Shown in pieces: positions 61,545-64,000 of a DNA stretch of 64,000 nt; within the stretch, counting starts at the first letter, position 1, and each line of letters opens with the position of its first letter. The notes under the pieces are model-generated. The model was not told the origin of the DNA. It saw only the letters and a list, made by a program, of their open reading frames with translations, and made no database searches. Source of the stretch: an uncultured Ignavibacteriales bacterium (GTDB lineage Bacteria; Bacteroidota; Ignavibacteria; UBA10030; SZUA-254); contig CAVQPS010000009.1 of the NCBI GenBank assembly GCA_963714795.1, positions 385,304-449,303 of the forward strand, read 5' to 3'. The translations under genes and the position numbers were made by a program.

Positions 61545-62852
61545 TTACATTTTTTTCTGAGCCGATTCGGACTCTTCCAGTTGTTCGAGTACTTTGCTGA
61601 TACCTTTCGAGACCAGCGTATCGAGCAACGTGCCGGTGAGTTTTATGGTCGGTTCATCGAGATGTCGTAAACTTTCTTCAGACTTTTTAATTTCCGGCAG
61701 AACGTTTTCCGTCAGATTGATAACGGACGGTTCACTGGTAACATCGCCGGTCGACGCGCTTCCTACCGCGCCCAGGGCGAATTTCGCACCAAGTTCTTTG
61801 ATCGGTTGGAAAAAGCCTTCCGGAATTTCTTTGGAACTGTTGGCAATCAGTTGTCCGACATCCGACATCCGTTTATCGAGCGACCGTCCGCGTAATTTTG
61901 AAGATCCGGCAAGCGTATACATTGCATTGGTCATATTGGTGCTCAGCGCCTGCGACGATGCCTGCATCGCGCGGCTCAAACTTCCGCCGCATGATTCGAT
62001 ATGTTCACCAAGTGCCGTCAAACCGTACTGGACGGAATGACCGAGCGACTCGAGTCCTTTCCGCACCTGTTCGCCATGACGAACGGTCGATTGAGCGGTG
62101 ATCTTCGCTGCCTCGATTTGTGAAAGACCCTGCGTGTACGAAGTTAAGAGCTGTGTCGTGCGTTCAATATCGAATTGAATGCGATCGACCATTTTCAAAT
62201 TACGGTTCTCGTAATAATAATCCCGCGCTTTATAAAAATGCCACATCGCAACCTGCATCATCATCTGAAGCGTGTTGGAATCGGTACTGATCGTCGCCAT
62301 TCCTTTTTCGCCGATATGAAGATTGACGGCAGCTTCCCAGTCTTTTGAACCGAGACGCATAAACCATTGCCGGGCGGCGACGAGGTCGTTCAGATCGTCC
62401 ATCGTATGAATTTCTTTTTCCACGCCCCGCTGGGCATATCCCATGGCGGTCATATACGCAATGGTAATGGCGGATTTGTGAATACCCAGATCGGAAAACA
62501 AGCGAAAAGCGATAATCAACTGGTCGATGACTTTATCGGAAAGATTTCCTTTCGTGTAATGATCTTTCACTTTGACATAAATTTCCTGTGCACGCTGAAG
62601 CGACAGTTCGGCAATTTCGCGGTATCGTTGTTTGAGAATGACCGATCGTTTTGCGTGTTTATCGAGGTATTTTTTGTCGTCTGTCCGAAGTTCGTTGATT
62701 GCATCCCGGATCTCACGAAGAGAAATACATTCGGTGATATCGGTACTGCCGCAGAGAAAGCATTTTCCCCGAACACCTTCGTAATCGATCCAGCGGTGAT
62801 CGCAGTTTGCGCATCGTTCCATCCCTAATTTCATCGACATGGCATTAATCAT
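61545..62852 (-). CDS. Hypothetical protein: Zn-ribbon, helical repeats and an 11-residue repeat region
   Basis: 435 aa; CANC(14-17) and CFLC(31-34); all-helical; ATGA overlap with the upstream gene. Confidence 0.75.
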   Translation of the reverse strand: MINAMSMKLGMERCANCDHRWIDYEGVRGKCFLCGSTDITECISLREIRDAINELRTDDKKYLDKHAKRSVILKQRYREIAELSLQRAQEIYVKVKDHYTKGNLSDKVIDQLIIAFRLFSDLGIHKSAITIAYMTAMGYAQRGVEKEIHTMDDLNDLVAARQWFMRLGSKDWEAAVNLHIGEKGMATISTDSNTLQMMMQVAMWHFYKARDYYYENRNLKMVDRIQFDIERTTQLLTSYTQGLSQIEAAKITAQSTVRHGEQVRKGLESLGHSVQYGLTALGEHIESCGGSLSRAMQASSQALSTNMTNAMYTLAGSSKLRGRSLDKRMSDVGQLIANSSKEIPEGFFQPIKELGAKFALGAVGSASTGDVTSEPSVINLTENVLPEIKKSEESLRHLDEPTIKLTGTLLDTLVSKGISKVLEQLEESESAQKKM

Positions 62853-64000
62853 TGCTTTCGCTCCGCCAATTGTCGGATCAATCGCTGGTATTCATCGTCA
62901 CTCAATTCGCCGAATGCATATTTTGTCTCGATGGTTTCACGGTCGAAATGCTGGCGTGCTTTGACGGCAACCTGTTTGTAGGTTTCCTGCGCACGGATGC
63001 GGGCAAAACCGCGCAATGTTTCCATTTCTTCCTGGTACATCGTTGCAAAGCGCGTTAAGTCACCGGAAAGGTCGAACGGTTTTTCTCCTTTCGAGATACG
63101 GCGGAGATTCGTCAGTTCGGCAAATTCTTTCGTGCTGATATTTTGCAATAATTCCAGAGCGGTTTCAAATTCTTTTGCTTTATGATAAAAATGGTACGAC
63201 AATTTGAATTCGCTTTCTTTCAAAAACCAATCTGCCATTTCCTTGTATTCCATTGTTGTCAGAAGCGCACGGTCATACACATAAAATGAAGTTGTGTGAT
63301 CTCCTGCCTCACGTTTCAGCGCTCCCAGACTGTGCATATCGTTCTCGACCCAGAAATACCATTCTTCCATATCGTTGCGGTTTTCGGTCCGTGCGAGTTC
63401 CAGAAAATCTGCGGTGCGGCCCCAGGCTTTAAAAAAGCAGTACGTTAATAACGCGACATCGGTATTATGAGGATTGTTATTCACTGCCGTCCGGAGAATT
63501 TCGATAAGCTTTTCTTTTTCATTGCCCGGCATGGAAAAAAATAATTTGACGGGAACGCGGGGGATTTTCCGGAGGGACCGCGTGTGATCATAAAATTGAA
63601 ACTGACGCTGGGAATTGGAATCCGGCATTTCCAGTTCGAGCTGTTCAATAGCGGAATAGAACCGCTCGCTCATAAGATTTTTTTTGATGCCCGGATACCA
63701 GGCATTATCCGCTTCACGAAATGCACTTTCCAAAACCATCCGCCACGAACTCATCGTACTTTCGACGAACGAATTTTCCGAAAGAGGAATCGTCGTCTTG
63801 AACAGTTCCAACAGATTATGGTCACGCGTAATGACGTCATCTTGCGAAGAAGAATCACGGAGAGATTGCATGATGAAAAAATGTTTCAGCCAGGGACGGG
63901 TCAACGGTTCATTAATTGCATGCCGGATCTCCGATTTTTCCTTTGTACGCTCAACGAGCTGCTCCGGAAAAGTTCCCTGAATACCTTTCTGGAGCCGTTC
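62849..64000 (-). CDS. Hypothetical helical-repeat protein with C-terminal SHOCT-like motif; N-terminus lies beyond the window
   Basis: The frame is open from 64000 (ERLQKGIQGTFPEQ...EPLTRPWL), so the TTG at 63904 is probably not the true start; ends ETIETKYAFGELSDDEYQRLIRQL. Confidence 0.75.
   Translation of the reverse strand, partial: ERLQKGIQGTFPEQLVERTKEKSEIRHAINEPLTRPWLKHFFIMQSLRDSSSQDDVITRDHNLLELFKTTIPLSENSFVESTMSSWRMVLESAFREADNAWYPGIKKNLMSERFYSAIEQLELEMPDSNSQRQFQFYDHTRSLRKIPRVPVKLFFSMPGNEKEKLIEILRTAVNNNPHNTDVALLTYCFFKAWGRTADFLELARTENRNDMEEWYFWVENDMHSLGALKREAGDHTTSFYVYDRALLTTMEYKEMADWFLKESEFKLSYHFYHKAKEFETALELLQNISTKEFAELTNLRRISKGEKPFDLSGDLTRFATMYQEEMETLRGFARIRAQETYKQVAVKARQHFDRETIETKYAFGELSDDEYQRLIRQLAERKQ

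Noticed and set aside
63902-63904. TTG start assigned by the ORF track to the last gene
   Set aside because: The frame is open without a stop to position 64000, so the gene most likely starts outside the window.

Overview
This is a 64 kb, roughly 45-50% GC bacterial chromosomal segment with about 53 CDS and no rRNA, tRNA or CRISPR that I can see. Two proteins with 'QNFPNPF...' T9SS-type C-terminal sorting domains, a Bacteroidota-type RpoZ and a futalosine menaquinone pathway suggest an Ignavibacteria-like FCB-group organism (inference). Housekeeping genes: mdh, rplU-rpmA, gpmA, trpF, tag, rqcH, and yicC-gmk-rpoZ-coaBC-udg-dnaB. Envelope and secretion genes: S41 protease, large T9SS cargo, a 3xPPIase-MoxR-S8-vWA operon, and outer-membrane barrels. 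Also present are an ArsR/P1B-ATPase metal-efflux unit with a clear operator, a secreted amidohydrolase pair, and a futalosine cluster (mqnP/M/L, an MqnE-MqnA fusion, mqnC, mqnD). Six single-base indels break four conserved genes and are most likely long-read or assembly errors. The best novelty leads are: (1) a coupled pair of unknown proteins at the right edge (alpha-solenoid plus SHOCT-like tail; Zn-ribbon plus SNAP/TPR-like helices plus eight 11-residue repeats); (2) the MqnE-MqnA fusion; (3) a DnaA-box cluster upstream of the dnaB operon; (4) a 111-bp MITE/REPIN-like element; (5) an unannotated promoter-bearing small membrane ORF. All calls come from reading motifs; no database searches were run.
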